Source of the DNA: Macrostomum lignano
Lineage: Eukaryota
Reading direction: 5' to 3'
DNA: 64,000 nt
NCBI GenBank assembly: GCA_002269645.1
Contig: NIVC01000018.1
Coordinates: 124,001-188,000, forward strand
A program made the position numbers and the translations under genes. Shown here one piece after another: positions 13,779-25,920 of this stretch. The stretch's first letter is position 1. Every line of letters starts with the position of its first letter. The notes beneath the pieces are model-generated. The model was not told the origin of the DNA. It worked only from the letters and a program-made list of their open reading frames with translations, and ran no database searches.

Positions 13779-15009
13779 TCCTTTATCTAAGACAAGCCTA
13801 ATTACAGTGGCCAGTTTTCTTGCAAAAAAGCATTTCTAATTGAAATGCGAGATCAAGTCCAAAAAAAGGAAGCTAGCCAGAGGCCACTCCAGGTCTCAGA
13901 TTTGGTTCTCCCAGACCAGCTCCGTAGGGGGTCTATAAAGTCGACTAAGGCTGCTGGACCAAGGCAGCGGGGCCGCAGCCGCTCGCTCTTCCTCATTAAT
14001 AATTAATGAGCAGGCCAAGCCCGGCGGCGCAAATCTCCATTCAGCCCTCTTCCCTTTACCTCAGTTCCCAGTTCCCGTGTGCGGCTATTATGCCAGCTCA
14101 CGATGGGGCATAGATGATGCAGCATAGGAGAACTTGCCAGTCTCAGTCTGCATCAATAAAGCTATTTTAATCCATTTCCCTTTCTCTGAAAACGAACTGT
14201 ATTTGTAACCTGTAAACAATTTTGAGGAGTAAAGCAAACAATTCAAAGCAAACAGTTGAATGCAGCTTTAATTATTAAATATCCGCTTTCTGCGAGTCTG
14301 TCAGTCAGTCAGACGGGTTTGACTTTGATAAACATGTATTTCGAAATTCTAAGAGCATTAGATGAGAAATTGCAATAGGCCGGGACAAAAAAGGTCAGAA
14401 ATCAATTATCTTAGCTGCTGCTGTGTCGCATTGGGGAGAGTCTATAGTGTATATAATATTACTATGAACAATGTATAAAAAATCATTTGGATAAAATTAT
14501 CACACAAGAAATATTCGATGACTATAGTTAATACAAATGAATAAAATTTTCGCTAACGCCGATATAAATAACTGAATAACAGAATAAAAAAGGAGCGAAT
14601 GAAGTGACTGCGCAACTTCACTGTTAGTCAGTCAGGTACTGTCAAGTATCAACATTAGTCAATAAAGTGTAGACAGGTAAGCAGCACAGAAATACTAAGT
14701 ATTGACAAAATGAGGTCTGTCAAAATTGAATCATTGTTAGTCATGCGCGTTAGGACAGTGTGTACTTTGTTTGAACAGACAATTATGGCTGCTGGAATGG
14801 CATGGACATTGCAAAATTAACACGCAGCCGTGGATATGATATGCTTAGTAATTCATGTACAAAACATTAGCGATAGACTTAAATAAATACATGTATGGCA
14901 GTTATGAAACATGACTAATCCAACACTTTTGATTGACTTTTGCGCCTGAGAAACCGGACTTGCTGTATGCGGGTAATGACTTTCATGGCCATTCTGCAAC
15001 TGGGTTAGG

Positions 15010-15880
15010 AGCGGTTCTGAAGGGCGACTCTCATAGTAGACTAGGGGCGATTCTAAAAGGCGTTTCTCATGGTAGATATGGAGCGATTCTTATAGTAGAT
15101 TAAGAGCGGTTCTAAAGGGCGATTCTCATAGTAGACTAGAGGCGATTCTAAAGGGCGATTCTCATAGTAGATTAAGAGCGGTTCTAAAGGGCGATTCTCA
15201 TGGTAGATAAGGAGCGATTCTTATAGTAGATTAAGAGCGGTTCTAAAGGGCGATTCTCATAGTAGACTAGGGGCGATTCTCATAGTAGACTAGGGGCGAT
15301 TCTCATAGTAGACTAGGGGCGATTCTCATAGTAGATTAGGGGCGATTCTAAAGGGCGATTCTCATAGTAGACTAGAGACGATACTCATAGTAGACTAGGG
15401 GCGATTCTCATAGTAGATTAGGGGCGATTCTAAAGGGCGATTCTCATAGTAGACTAGAGACGATACTCATAGTAGACTAGGGGCGATTCTCATAGTAGAT
15501 TAGGGGCGATTCTAAAGGGCGATTCTCATAGTAGACTAGAGACGATACTCATTGTAGATTAGAGGCGATTCTCATAGTAGATTAGAGGCGATTCTCTTCT
15601 TGATTAGAGGCGATTCTCATAGTGGACTAAAGGCGATTCTCATAGTAGATTAAGTAGATTAGGGGCGTTTCTCATGGTAGATTAGGGGCGTTTCTCATGG
15701 TAGATTAGGGGCGATTCTCATAGTGGACTAGAGGCGATTCTCATAGTAGATTAAGTAGATTAGGGGCGTTTCTCATGGTAGATTAGGGGCGATTCTCATA
15801 GTAGATTCAGTAGATTAGAGGCGATTCTCATGGTAGATTAGGGGAAATTCTAATACATGTAGCAGATCAGGGGCGTTTCT
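15010..15880. repeat. ~22-bp degenerate minisatellite (GGCGATTCTCATAGTAGATTAGG)n
   Basis: Direct reading; variants with TCTAAAGG inserts. Confidence 0.9.
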
Positions 15881-16009
15881 AAAGGGCAAATCTCTAAGTA
15901 AACCAGGGATCAGCTTGGATTTAAATATACATTTCTTAAAAATTTCAACATTAAACAGTCAGTAGACCTACTGAGCCCCACTAACCTACGCGTGCAAGAG
16001 TGCATAGAC

Positions 16010-16603
16010 TCAAGCCATCAGCAGACCGTGCCTGTGCAGTTTAGAGCTCAGGATAGTGTGCAGAATAAACACGAACGGCTTCGGACAGCCGAGCAGGTCC
16101 AACTCGAACTGGCCCTGCTCGCCAAAGTCCAGCCAGGCCAGCCTCTGTCCGTCATCGGCCGACCGGCGCAGGCTCTCGTACGGCAGGCACCACAGCTGAC
16201 GGCCGCTGGCCGCCTCTCGCATGGAGAAGCCGCAGTCGGCGTGCAGCACCAGGCGGCAGTCGTGCCCGGCGTAGCGGCAGGCCACGGCCACCTCCTGGGC
16301 GCTCTCCACCGCCGAGTGCGCCGCGTCAACCAGGGTGCGCGACCAGGCGGCCAGGTCCGCCTCAGTCTCCACGCGGAACACGTGGGCTTCAACGCCGAGC
16401 CGGCCGCCTGTTCGAGTGCCGAACAGCCAGTAGGTGGCCTGGCGGGCAGTGGGCACCAGACGGGTGGCCAGCAGCGGGTGCTGGTGCATTGGCGAGGACC
16501 AGGCCTCGCGGCTGGCCGGAGCGGCCTCGTACAGCAGGATGTCCCGGTCAGAGATCGCGCAGAAGGCCGGCCGCCAGCCCGGGTGGCCAGAGTCGTCATG
16601 TAC
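16010..16603 (-). CDS. SNTB1: Syntrophin exon 4 (last): second PH domain and syntrophin-unique (SU) domain
   Basis: Acceptor ctcgcag|GTA at 16604/16603, phase 0; WRPAFCAISDRDILLYEAAP...HPLLATRLV...SADDGQRLAWLDFG...ELDL...KPFVFILHTILSSK matches the syntrophin PH2/SU pattern; TGA at 16012-16010. The symbol is family-level (alpha/beta-type). Confidence 0.93.
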   Translation of the reverse strand, partial: VHDDSGHPGWRPAFCAISDRDILLYEAAPASREAWSSPMHQHPLLATRLVPTARQATYWLFGTRTGGRLGVEAHVFRVETEADLAAWSRTLVDAAHSAVESAQEVAVACRYAGHDCRLVLHADCGFSMREAASGRQLWCLPYESLRRSADDGQRLAWLDFGEQGQFELDLLGCPKPFVFILHTILSSKLHRHGLLMA

Positions 16604-16624
16604 CTGCGAGAGTGATGGTGAGGG

Positions 16625-17095
16625 AGTGAATGAGTGAATCAGGCAGTGGGTGAATACTTGAGTGAATGGCAGTGAGTGAATGGCAGTGAGTGAATGACAA
16701 TGAGTGAATGGCAGTGAGTGAATGACAATGAGTGAATGGTAATGAGCAATGAGTGAATGGCAGTGAGTGAATGGCAGTGAGTTAATGAGGCTTTGAGTGA
16801 ATGGCAGTGAGTGAATGGCAGTGAGTGAATGGCAGTGAGTGAATGACAATGAGTGAATGAATGGCAGTGAGTGAATGGCAATGAGTGAATGAATGGCAGT
16901 GAGTGAATGGCAATGAGTGAATGACAACGAGTGAATGGTAATGAGTAAATGGCAATGAGTGAATGGCAGTGAGTGAATGGTAATGAGTTAATGAAGCTAT
17001 GAGTGAATGGCACTGAGTGAATGGTACTGAGTGAATGGCAGTGAGTGAATGGAAATGAGTGAATGGAAATGAGTGAATGAGGCAATAAGTGAGTG
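16625..17095. repeat. 14-bp minisatellite (GAGTGAATGGCAGT)n in syntrophin intron 3
   Basis: Direct reading; begins ~20 nt from the exon 4 acceptor. Confidence 0.95.
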
Positions 17096-17589
17096 GCAAT
17101 GTAAATTTCGGTGGGGAAAAATAGTTTTCAAGGGCAAAAAAGCAAACTAAATTATTCTACGAAAAGCTGCAGACCGAGGCCTGCTCCCCTCCACACGAAA
17201 TCTACATTATGAATAGAATCGCAATTTTTCCAGCCAAGTTTTTTCTTCAAATTTTCCACTTCAAAATGTAAAAAATTTCTGCCATCATAGTCGTCTTTAT
17301 TAGACTGAATCGCTAAATCGGCAGTAAAAAAGTTCGCACAAGAAGGATCCAACTACGGAATACCGATGATACTCGCAATCAAGCAGGATTAGGAATTAGG
17401 CGGTTGGAAACCCATCGCATGAACTGAAGAGCCATAAAACAAGCCAGGCTGTTAAAACGCTGCGCGCAGTCCCCGCCTTCCAGCGCCATAAAAACTGATT
17501 AAAAAATATGACAGGAGATTTCTACGAAAACTATGATGGGCGGGCCGGATTCGAAACTGCGCAGTGGCAAGGCAGAATTCCGATGCGGC

Positions 17590-20298
17590 GTGGCAGCTTT
17601 TAGATTGGCAGTTTTAAATGGCAGCTTTTTAGATTGGCAGTTTTAAATGGCAGCTTTTAGATTAGCAGTTTTAAAGGAATGGCAGCTTTTAGTTTGGCAG
17701 TTTTATAGGAATGGCAGCTTTTAGATTGGCAGTTTTATAGGAATGGCAGTTGAGTCTGGCAGTTTTATAGGAATGGCAGCTTTTTAGATTGCCAGTTTTA
17801 TAGGAATGGCATTTGTTTAGATTGGCAGTTTTATAGGAATGGCAGCTTTTTAGATTGGCAGTTTTAAATGGCAGCTTTTAGATTGGCAGTTTTAAATGGC
17901 AGCTTTCAGATTGGCAGTTTTAAATGGCAGCTTTTAGATTGGCAGTTTTAAAGGAATAGGAGCTTTTAGTTTGGCAGTTTTATAGGAATGGCAGCTTTTT
18001 AGATTGGCAGTTTTAAATGGCAGCTTTTAGATTGGCAGTTTTATAGGAATGGCAGCTTTTAGATTGCCAAATTTATAGGAATGGCATTTGTTTAGATTGG
18101 CAGTTTTATAGGAATGGCATTTGTTCAGATTGCCAGTTTTATAGGAATGGCAGCCTTTAGAATGCCAGTTTTATAGGAATGGCAGCCTTTAGATTGGCAG
18201 TTTTATAGGAATGGCAGCCTTTAGATTGGCAGTTTTATAGGAATGGCAGCCTTTAGATTGGCAGTTTTATAGGAATGGCAGCCTTTAGATTGGCAGTTTT
18301 ATAGGAATGGCAGCCTTTAGATTGGCAGTTTTATAGGAATGGCAGCCTTTAGATTGGCAGTTTTATAGGAATGGCAGCTTTTAGATTGGCAGTTTTATAG
18401 GAATGGCAGTTGAGTCTGGCAGTTTTATAGGAATGGCAGCTTTTTAGATTGCCAGTTTTATAGGAATGGCATTTGTTTAGATTGGCAGTTTTATAGGAAT
18501 GGCAGCTTTTTAGATTGGCAGTTTTAAATGGCAGCTTTTAGATTGGCAGTTTTAAATGGCAGCTTTCAGATTGGCAGTTTTAAATGGCAGCTTTTAGATT
18601 GGCAGTTTTAAAGGAATAGGAGCTTTTAGTTTGGCAGTTTTATAGGAATGGCAGCTTTTTAGATTGGCAGTTTTAAATGGCAGCTTTTAGATTGGCAGTT
18701 TTATAGGAATGGCAGCTTTTAGATTGCCAAATTTATAGGAATGGCATTTGTTTAGATTGGCAGTTTTATAGGAATGGCATTTGTTCAGATTGCCAGTTTT
18801 ATAGGAATGGCAGCCTTTAGAATGCCAGTTTTATAGGAATGGCAGCCTTTAGATTGGCAGTTTTATAGGAATGGCAGCCTTTAGATTGGCAGTTTTATAG
18901 GAATGGCAGCCTTTAGATTGGCAGTTTTATAGGAATGGCAGCCTTTAGATTGGCAGTTTTATAGGAATGGCAGCCTTTAGATTGGCAGTTTTATAGGAAT
19001 GGCAGCCTTTAGATTGGCAGTTTTATAGGAATGGCAGCCTTTAGATTGGCAGTTTTATAGGAATGGCAGCCTTTCGATTGGCAGTTTTATAGGAATGGCA
19101 GCTTTTTAGATTGGCAGTTTTATTGGAATGGCAGCTTTTAGATTGCCAGTTTTATAGGAATGGCAGCTTTTAGATTGGCAGTTTTATAGGAATGGCAGTT
19201 GAGTCTGGCAGTTTTATAGGAATGGCAGCTTTTTAGATTGCCAGTTTTATAGGAATGGCATTTGTTTAGATTGGCAGTTTTATAGGAATGGAATTTGTTT
19301 AGATTGGCAGTTTTATTGGAATGGCAGCTTTTAGATTGCCAGTTTTATAGGAATGGCAGCTTTTAGATTGGCAGTTTTATAGGAATGGCAGTTGAGTCTG
19401 GCAGTTTTATAGGAATGGCAGCTTTTTAGATTGCCAGTTTTATAGGAATGGCATTTGTTTAGATTGGCAGTTTTATAGGAATGGAATTTGTTTAGATTGC
19501 CAGTTTTATAGGAATGGAATTTTAGATTGGCAGTTTTATAGGAATGGCAGCTTTTAGATTGGCAGTTTTATAGGAATGGCAGTTGCTTAGATTGCCAGTT
19601 TTATAGGAATGGAATTTTAGATTGCCAGTTTTATAGGAATGGCAGCTTTTAGATTGGCAATTTATAGGAATGGCAGTTGAGTCTGGCAGTTTTATAGGAA
19701 TGGCAGCTTTTTAGATTGCCAGTTTTATAGGAATGGCATTTGTTTAGATTGGCAGTTTTATAGGAATGGAATTTGTTTAGATTGGCAGTTTTATAGGAAT
19801 GGCATTTGTTTAGATTGCCAGTTTTATAGGAATGGCAGTTGCTTAGATTGCCAGTTTTATAGGAATGGCAGTTGCTTAGATTGCCAGTTTTATAGGAATG
19901 GCATTTGTTTAGATTGGCAGTTTTATAGGAATGGCAGTTGTTTAGATTGCCAGTTTTATAGGAATGGCAGTTGTTTAGATTGGCAGTTTTATAGGAATGG
20001 CAGTTGTTTAGATTGGCAGTTTTATAGGAATGGCAGTTGTTTAGATTGCCAGTTTTATAGGAATGGCATTTGTTTAGATTGGCAGTTTTATAGGAATGGC
20101 AGTTGTTTAGATTGCCAGTTTTATAGGAATGGCAGTTGAGTCTGGCAGTTTTATAGGAATGGCAGTTGAGTCTGGCAGTTTTATAGGAATGGCAGTTGAG
20201 TCTGGCAGTTTTATAGGAATGGCAGTTGAGTCTGGCAGTTTTATAGGAATGGCAGTTGAGTCTGGCAGTTTTATAGGAATGGCAGTTGAGTCTGGCAG
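17590..20298. repeat. ~32-bp satellite (TAGATTGGCAGTTTTATAGGAATGGCAGCTTT)n in syntrophin intron 3
   Basis: 2.7-kb array with an exact 660-bp higher-order duplication. Confidence 0.95.
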
Positions 20299-20407
20299 TT
20301 AACAAGCTGACTATTCTACATTTTCTAAGGATCTGGGAGGGTGGCGATGGCCCAGCAACCCATCGTTCCCATTGTTGTATTTGCTTCTGCTAATTGAAAA
20401 TCCTCAC

Positions 20408-20788
20408 CTGCTCAGCCAGCCAGCCCATCTGTTTGACCTCCTGGCTGGCCGGCAGCACCCGATTCAGCTCGGCCAGGCAGGCGGCAGTCAGCAGGTCGAT
20501 CTGGGCGTGCAGTGCAGCGAACCAGACGTTGGCCCGTTCGGGCGTCGGGCAGCGCAGCAGGCAGGAGCGCTTGCAGCAGGGGCTGTGCAGCTCCAGACAG
20601 CAGCGGCCGGGGTCCGGCAGGCTGAGGCCGCGGCACAGGTAGCTCAGGCGGAGCGGCACGCTGCGGCGCTCGCCTGCGCCGGCAGAGCTCCCGGCAGAGC
20701 TGGAGGCGCCTGTCGTTGACGAGGCCGAAGGAGCTGATGAAGCTGACGCCTGCGACTGCGGCGGCGGCTGCTGCTGCTGCTGCTGTTG
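20408..20788 (-). CDS. SNTB1: Syntrophin exon 3: poly-Q/Ser linker, C-terminal half of split PH1, start of PH2
   Basis: RSVPLRLSYLCR...LELHSP...LLRC...ANVWFAALHAQI...EVKQMGWLAEQ; donor CAG|gtgagg at 20408/20407, phase 0. The acceptor is uncertain (20788 or 20827). Confidence 0.88.
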
Positions 20789-20902
20789 CTGCAGTTCAGT
20801 CACGATTTTTGGTTGGATGCCATGATACTTGAAGTATTCATAATTATGCCAGTTTTTTTAATATCAAACGTTTGTTTTGTTCTCTTTTGTGAGGAGTAAG
20901 TA

Positions 20903-21305
20903 GCCCAGCAACTGAGGATATGGGAGGCTGGCTGCTCAGCAACTGAGGATCTGGGAGGCTGGCTGCTCAGCAACTGAGGATCTGGGCGGGTGGCCCAGCA
21001 ACTGAGGATGTGGGAGGCTGGCTCAGCAACTGAGGATCTGGGAGGCTGGCCCAGCAACTGAGGATCTGGGAGGCTGGCTGCCCAGCAACTGAGGATCTGG
21101 GAGGCTGGCCCAGCAACTGAGGATCTGGGAGGCTGGCCCAGCAACTGTGGATCTTGGAGGCTGGCCCAGCAACTGAGGATCTGGGAGGCTGGCCCAGCAA
21201 CTGAGAATCTGGGAGGCTGACTGCCCAGCAACTGAGGATCTGGGAGGCTGGCCCAGCAACTGAGGATCTGGGAGGCTGGTCCAGCAACTGTGGATCTTGG
21301 AGGCT
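20903..21305. repeat. 28-bp minisatellite (CAGCAACTGAGGATCTGGGAGGCTGGCC)n in syntrophin intron 2
   Basis: Direct reading, with a 32-bp variant. Confidence 0.95.
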
Positions 21306-21346
21306 CGCCTATGGAAGGGGAAATCCCTCCCATTCCGAGCACTCAC

Positions 21347-21744
21347 ACCAGCAGGCTGAGCAGGAACTGTCTCAGCGGGGCCGCCCCAGCCAACCTCGGC
21401 CAGTGTGGCGGCTGTCGGCTTCCGGAAGTACGGCGTGACCTCCCGCAGGAATTTCACCTCCAGTTCCACAACCTTGCCGGCCTTTTTCAATGCCTTGACG
21501 GCGTCGTCGTGGCTGGCCTCGCGCAGATCCTCGCCGTTGACTGACAGAATCGCGTCGCCAACGTAGAGAGCCCCGGACTTGTCGGCCGACATGCCGGCGA
21601 AGATTTTGCTGATCAGAATCGGCATCTTGTTCTCCCGGCCGCCTTTGATGCTGATGCCCAGGCCGGTGCCCTCCTCCTTCACGATGCGCACCAGGCGCTT
21701 CTGCGAGGACGGCGCGTCCATTGGGGGTGACTGCGTTGCGGGAT
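21347..21744 (-). CDS. SNTB1: Syntrophin exon 2: PDZ domain
   Basis: [92 protein letters not shown] is the hallmark alpha/beta-syntrophin PDZ; acceptor cccag|AT (phase 1), donor GGT|gtgagt (phase 0). Confidence 0.96.
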
Positions 21745-22517
21745 CTGGGCAGGGCAGTTCAAGTGGGATTTTTTAGCTGATTTGTGTCTAAAGCAATATC
21801 ATACAATAATTATTGAATAAGTTTTATTGGCAATTGATTTTTTTAATGTTTAGAAGGAAATTGGCATGAAATATAGCTTTAGGAGTTAGTATAAAATTTT
21901 CCAGATATAACTATACTATAACATTTCTAATATTTCTATTAAGCAACCTAATATTTTTGTAGAGACCTACAGTATCAACAAAGGCTTGATAGTTAATATG
22001 TTTACTATATTGGAAATGTTGACAAAATCAGCTATAATTTGTAACTGCTAAGAAACTTTTTTTGAAATAAGATGCTGTTTTAGGTGCGCTTATTTTTATA
22101 TGTTTATCATCATTAGTGAACTAAAATTTGCTAAATTTATATTGTAAAACTTATATTCATATTTTTACTTTATTAAGGCAAAAAATAACTCGTAATTTTA
22201 TCTATGACTATAATCTAGAATATATATAACATTTTCTTCTAAGATAAGGTCAGTACAATGTAAGTATTATATATATTTTATTCAATCTTACTATTGTATT
22301 TAATAGCAAAAATTTAGCTTTGAAATTTTTAGTATTTAAAACAATATAATTTCTTTGTTTGGTATAATACTAAAATACTTCTACAGTTTTATCAATTTGG
22401 TGGCCCATGATAAATCGATGCAATTCCTATAATCTAGACAAATTAAAATTCTAGGTAATCTAAAATTAATAGAGGAAGAAAGAAATATTTTATTAGTCTA
22501 AAATGCAAATTTACTAC

Positions 22518-23010
22518 CTTTAGCTCCATGGTTATCATTAGCACCATTTGATATTGCATCATTTGCATCAGAGGGACCATTTGTAGACTTGAATGCATCT
22601 CCTCCTGACTTGTCCTTTGAAGTGTCCGACTTTTGCTGTCTTTGGTCATTTTGGAATGTTTGTGATGCTCCCTTTTGTGATGACTCTTGCGCTAAACTTG
22701 GCTGAAAACTTTTAGAAAAACTTCCTTCGGATTTAGATGCATCATCAGACGAGCCAACTTTTGCTAACTGGTTCTGTTTTGCACCTGATGAAGATTCTGC
22801 TCCAGCTCTTTGACTTGGAGAACTGTCAATGTCAACCTCGCCATTTTTAGTTGCATCGCTCTTTGATAAGTTTTCTGCTGCTGCTGACGCAGGTATAAAA
22901 ATAATTAGAGAATCCTCGTGTAAAGATACAGTCACAGTTATCCATTTTTGTCGAACGTATATTTCTAAATCTTCAGTTAAAATACATGTATCCAATGCCA
23001 TAGCAGACAT
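22518..23010 (-). CDS. SNTB1: Syntrophin exon 1: N-terminal half of split PH1 plus long polar linker
   Basis: ATG at 23010; LEIYVRQKWITVTVSLHEDSLII resembles the syntrophin PH1 N-half; donor AAAG|gtagta phase 1 joins exon 2 in frame (G+AT=Asp). Confidence 0.85.
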
Positions 23011-24298
23011 GGAGTTATCCGGCTTTTACTTTGAAGAGCATTAGAGCAAACACGAAACGATACTCGAAATATACAGCGAAGTTTAAAATAAAGACTGCAA
23101 TTATTTTTATAAATATATCAAGCCAACTATAAAACTTCACTAAACAGTCAGCTAGCTTTAGCAATCTGAAGCACTAAACTAAGCCGGTTCTAGAAATCAG
23201 CGGTTAAAGTTCTTGTAAAATAATTGTAATCAAATTTTTTCCAAAATTTTTGTGTAAAATATAACAAAAATTACACAAAAGTAAAGCAGTCTAAGGCTGT
23301 ATTTATTTTTATTAGATCTCTTAGAGTTTTTCTTCTTCTTTTATATATTTAAAGCCCAAACATTAAGTTAACTTTCGAAGGCATCACATGGTAAGAATAA
23401 GTCCTTTTGAGCAAGTCTTTTATGCATTTCAACAAAGCTTTTTTGCAGCCCATTTGGGCTTATACCATGGACGATACGCGCTGTAACCTGTAATTAATCC
23501 AAGATATTATTGCCTAAGTTACGACGAAGCTTTTGTCTAATGTTAGCAAGGTTGGCACAAGCAGCATTTGGTCCAAAAAGCATCAATTTGGTCCATATAG
23601 AGTCTGTGAAACCCAATCGAGTTACGGCTGTGTGATGCATTAAATTTATTTAAGATAATTTCTCTGTACCAATACATGCACAGGGTGACTTCAAAAATTC
23701 AATCTGCTCAATTGTAACAAAAACAAAAAGATCTTTATTACATGGTCAAAACTCCGCTTCGATCACGAGCCTAATGGCGTTCGTTAGAGTCTAGAATATA
23801 TGCATGGTCCTCACTTCTGGGACTGAACTTGCTCCTCCGAAGCAGCTGTAAATGAAACATTACGTCTATTCTCACTGCTTGAGACACTCTTGTCTAAATA
23901 AAAATCTAGGGGTAAAACTACAGAGCCGTTGTATGGACAAAATTTAATGCTGCTGTGCCAGCCTTGCCAGCCAGCCAGCCAATAGACTGCAGCTCCATTA
24001 CTTTGGCAAGTATATCTTGAAAGGAATTCTCAGGATGCGTGTAGGCCCAAATGGACTGCAAAAAGCTATAGCAAAAGCGATGAAGTAGTTTAAATCATAG
24101 ATTTACGATTTATTTGGTCAGTCGCGAGTTCATGGTTTGTAAATTCGATACAATTCTATACTTACTTAAATAGGATGTTAGATAAACTACAGGAAAAAAC
24201 GCTTCAACTTTCTCAGTGTAAACAATAAATAGCAATTCATTTGGCATGTGGCATAATGTCAGATAAATGTTGAAGAGTTTAATAGATTTATAATCAAG

Positions 24299-25237
24299 TC
24301 AAACGTCAGCAGACTCGCAGTTGTCATCGCCCTCTTCGTCGGTTCCGTCGCTCTCCTCTCTGGCAAGGCGTCGCCGTTTCCGTCTGCGCAATTGAGCAGT
24401 GGTGATCGGCGATCGCTTGCCGGTTTTCGGCTTCGCTTTTTTTGGCGACGCCTCCTCGTCTTCAGCCTCATCTTCATCACTAATCTCCTCTTCCTCCTCT
24501 TCCTCCTCTTCTTCTTCTTCTTCGTCCTCCTCGAACTCGTCGATTTTTGCTCCAGCCAGTCGAAATCGTGATGAATCATCGATCGCATCCAATCCGTCGC
24601 TTTCGCCGTCGTCATCGCCGGCCTCCTCATTGATCTGCCCGTCGGCGGCGTCTCCATCGTCGTCGGGGTCGTGCACGCGCACCTGGTGCAGGCCGGTGAG
24701 CCACACGGGACCGGTGCCCTCTGCCAGCTCGAAGGTCACCTCGTTCTGGCTGTCCAGCACAAACTCGTAGCCGAGGCTGACCGTCCGCTGACTGTCCGGA
24801 TCGATGCATACAATCGGACAGGTGTCCGGCTCGTCCTGTCCGTAGCACTTGGTGCGCACGGCGATCAGGTGGACGCCGGCGGCTTTGGGACCCAGGATGC
24901 AGGCGTTCACCTTCAGCACGTGCTGCATGAAGTCGGCGTCGGCGGCGGCCTCGCCGTTCAACTCGGCCACCTCGTCTTCGTTGCCATTCGGCGTCAGATT
25001 TTTTTCATCGTTAATTTTTGTCTTGTCAGCTGTTTTTTTATTGCCATTTCCGTCGCCATGGTGACGCTTGGAATTCTCGCGCTTCTCAATGCCGGCAGTG
25101 TAGCACCGCTCCGGCTCCCAGCTGTACCTGGCTTTGGCCGCAGTGAGCTGGCAGTTCCAGAAGTAGAATGACACCTGCTGCCGGGCAGCAGACTGCTGCA
25201 GACTGTTGCTGATGCACTGGGCGAGGTCTGCCGACAT
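24299..25237 (-). CDS. Nucleoplasmin/NPL-domain histone chaperone-like protein, copy A (312 aa, intronless)
   Basis: FYFWNCQL...YSWEPE ... HVLKVNACILG ... VSLGYEF ... VTFELAEGTGPVWLTGLH follows the nucleoplasmin core pattern (FWGCEL / LG / VTFxLxxGxGPVxxxGxH), then a long acidic tract and a basic KKAKPKTGKR..RRRKRRR tail. Confidence 0.88.
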   Translation of the reverse strand: MSADLAQCISNSLQQSAARQQVSFYFWNCQLTAAKARYSWEPERCYTAGIEKRENSKRHHGDGNGNKKTADKTKINDEKNLTPNGNEDEVAELNGEAAADADFMQHVLKVNACILGPKAAGVHLIAVRTKCYGQDEPDTCPIVCIDPDSQRTVSLGYEFVLDSQNEVTFELAEGTGPVWLTGLHQVRVHDPDDDGDAADGQINEEAGDDDGESDGLDAIDDSSRFRLAGAKIDEFEEDEEEEEEEEEEEEEISDEDEAEDEEASPKKAKPKTGKRSPITTAQLRRRKRRRLAREESDGTDEEGDDNCESADV

Positions 25238-25341
25238 GGCTGATGAATGAAGCTACGATGACTTAGAGCAATTTTCTTGCCTTATGGCATAGTATTTATA
25301 CTTCGGCATCTGGATGAGAGAAGGTTTTGCCGTTCCATTCT

Positions 25342-25382
25342 GATTGGCTGAAATCAGTTTGTCGGTCTTGAGGTCACGTGAC
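25342..25382 (-). promoter_or_regulatory. Candidate promoter elements of nucleoplasmin copy A: CCAAT box and palindromic E-box GTCACGTGAC
   Basis: ATTGG at ~25343 (CCAAT on minus) and perfect GTCACGTGAC at 25373-25382, 105-145 bp upstream of the ATG. Confidence 0.4.
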
Positions 25383-25920
25383 GTACATTATTTCAGTCTG
25401 AGTTGATTTCTAATCAATAAGCAAGCTGTACTTGAATTGCGCAATCTAAAAATATACAAAAATATGAAAAAAATATTCTTGATCAACTTTTAAATGGATT
25501 CTTATGCATGAATGAGCAGTCAATGCTATAGACAGGTAAAAAAGGGAATACCTGCTTTCATAATCAAAAAATGACAAAAATCGACAATCCAAATCAATGA
25601 TTACTCCTCGTTTCTCTGGATGAAATTCAATTTGCTCATACTTTTGCTTAAAGAAACCTGTCGTTTATTTCGAATATTTAAAGAAAAAAGTACGTGTTGC
25701 TAGGTTCTACAGAAGACAAAACGGTTGCTAAAAAACTGCATTGCATTTCCTTATAATTAAATAATAAAACTATTATGCGGTTGAGAAGTCATTACAACCT
25801 ACTATAGCTAACACAATATATGCACCTGATAATACTCAATTCTTTACTTTGAATCTACCTGCGTGTAGAAGTACATTGGATATAGAAGCATTTGCTTTTT
25901 GAGCTAAGAAATCCTGAAAG

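Noticed and set aside
15992-16615. 207-aa plus-strand ORF, and similar antisense ORFs over the NPM and BCAS3 exons
   Set aside because: Shadow ORFs of GC3-rich coding exons on the opposite strand.
23330-24070. Possible small minus-strand exons (SIWAYTHPENSFQDILAK; DFYLDKSVSSSENRR; VTARIVHGISPNGLQK)
   Set aside because: Splice phases could not be joined consistently and in-frame stops intervene; may be UTR or intergenic sequence.
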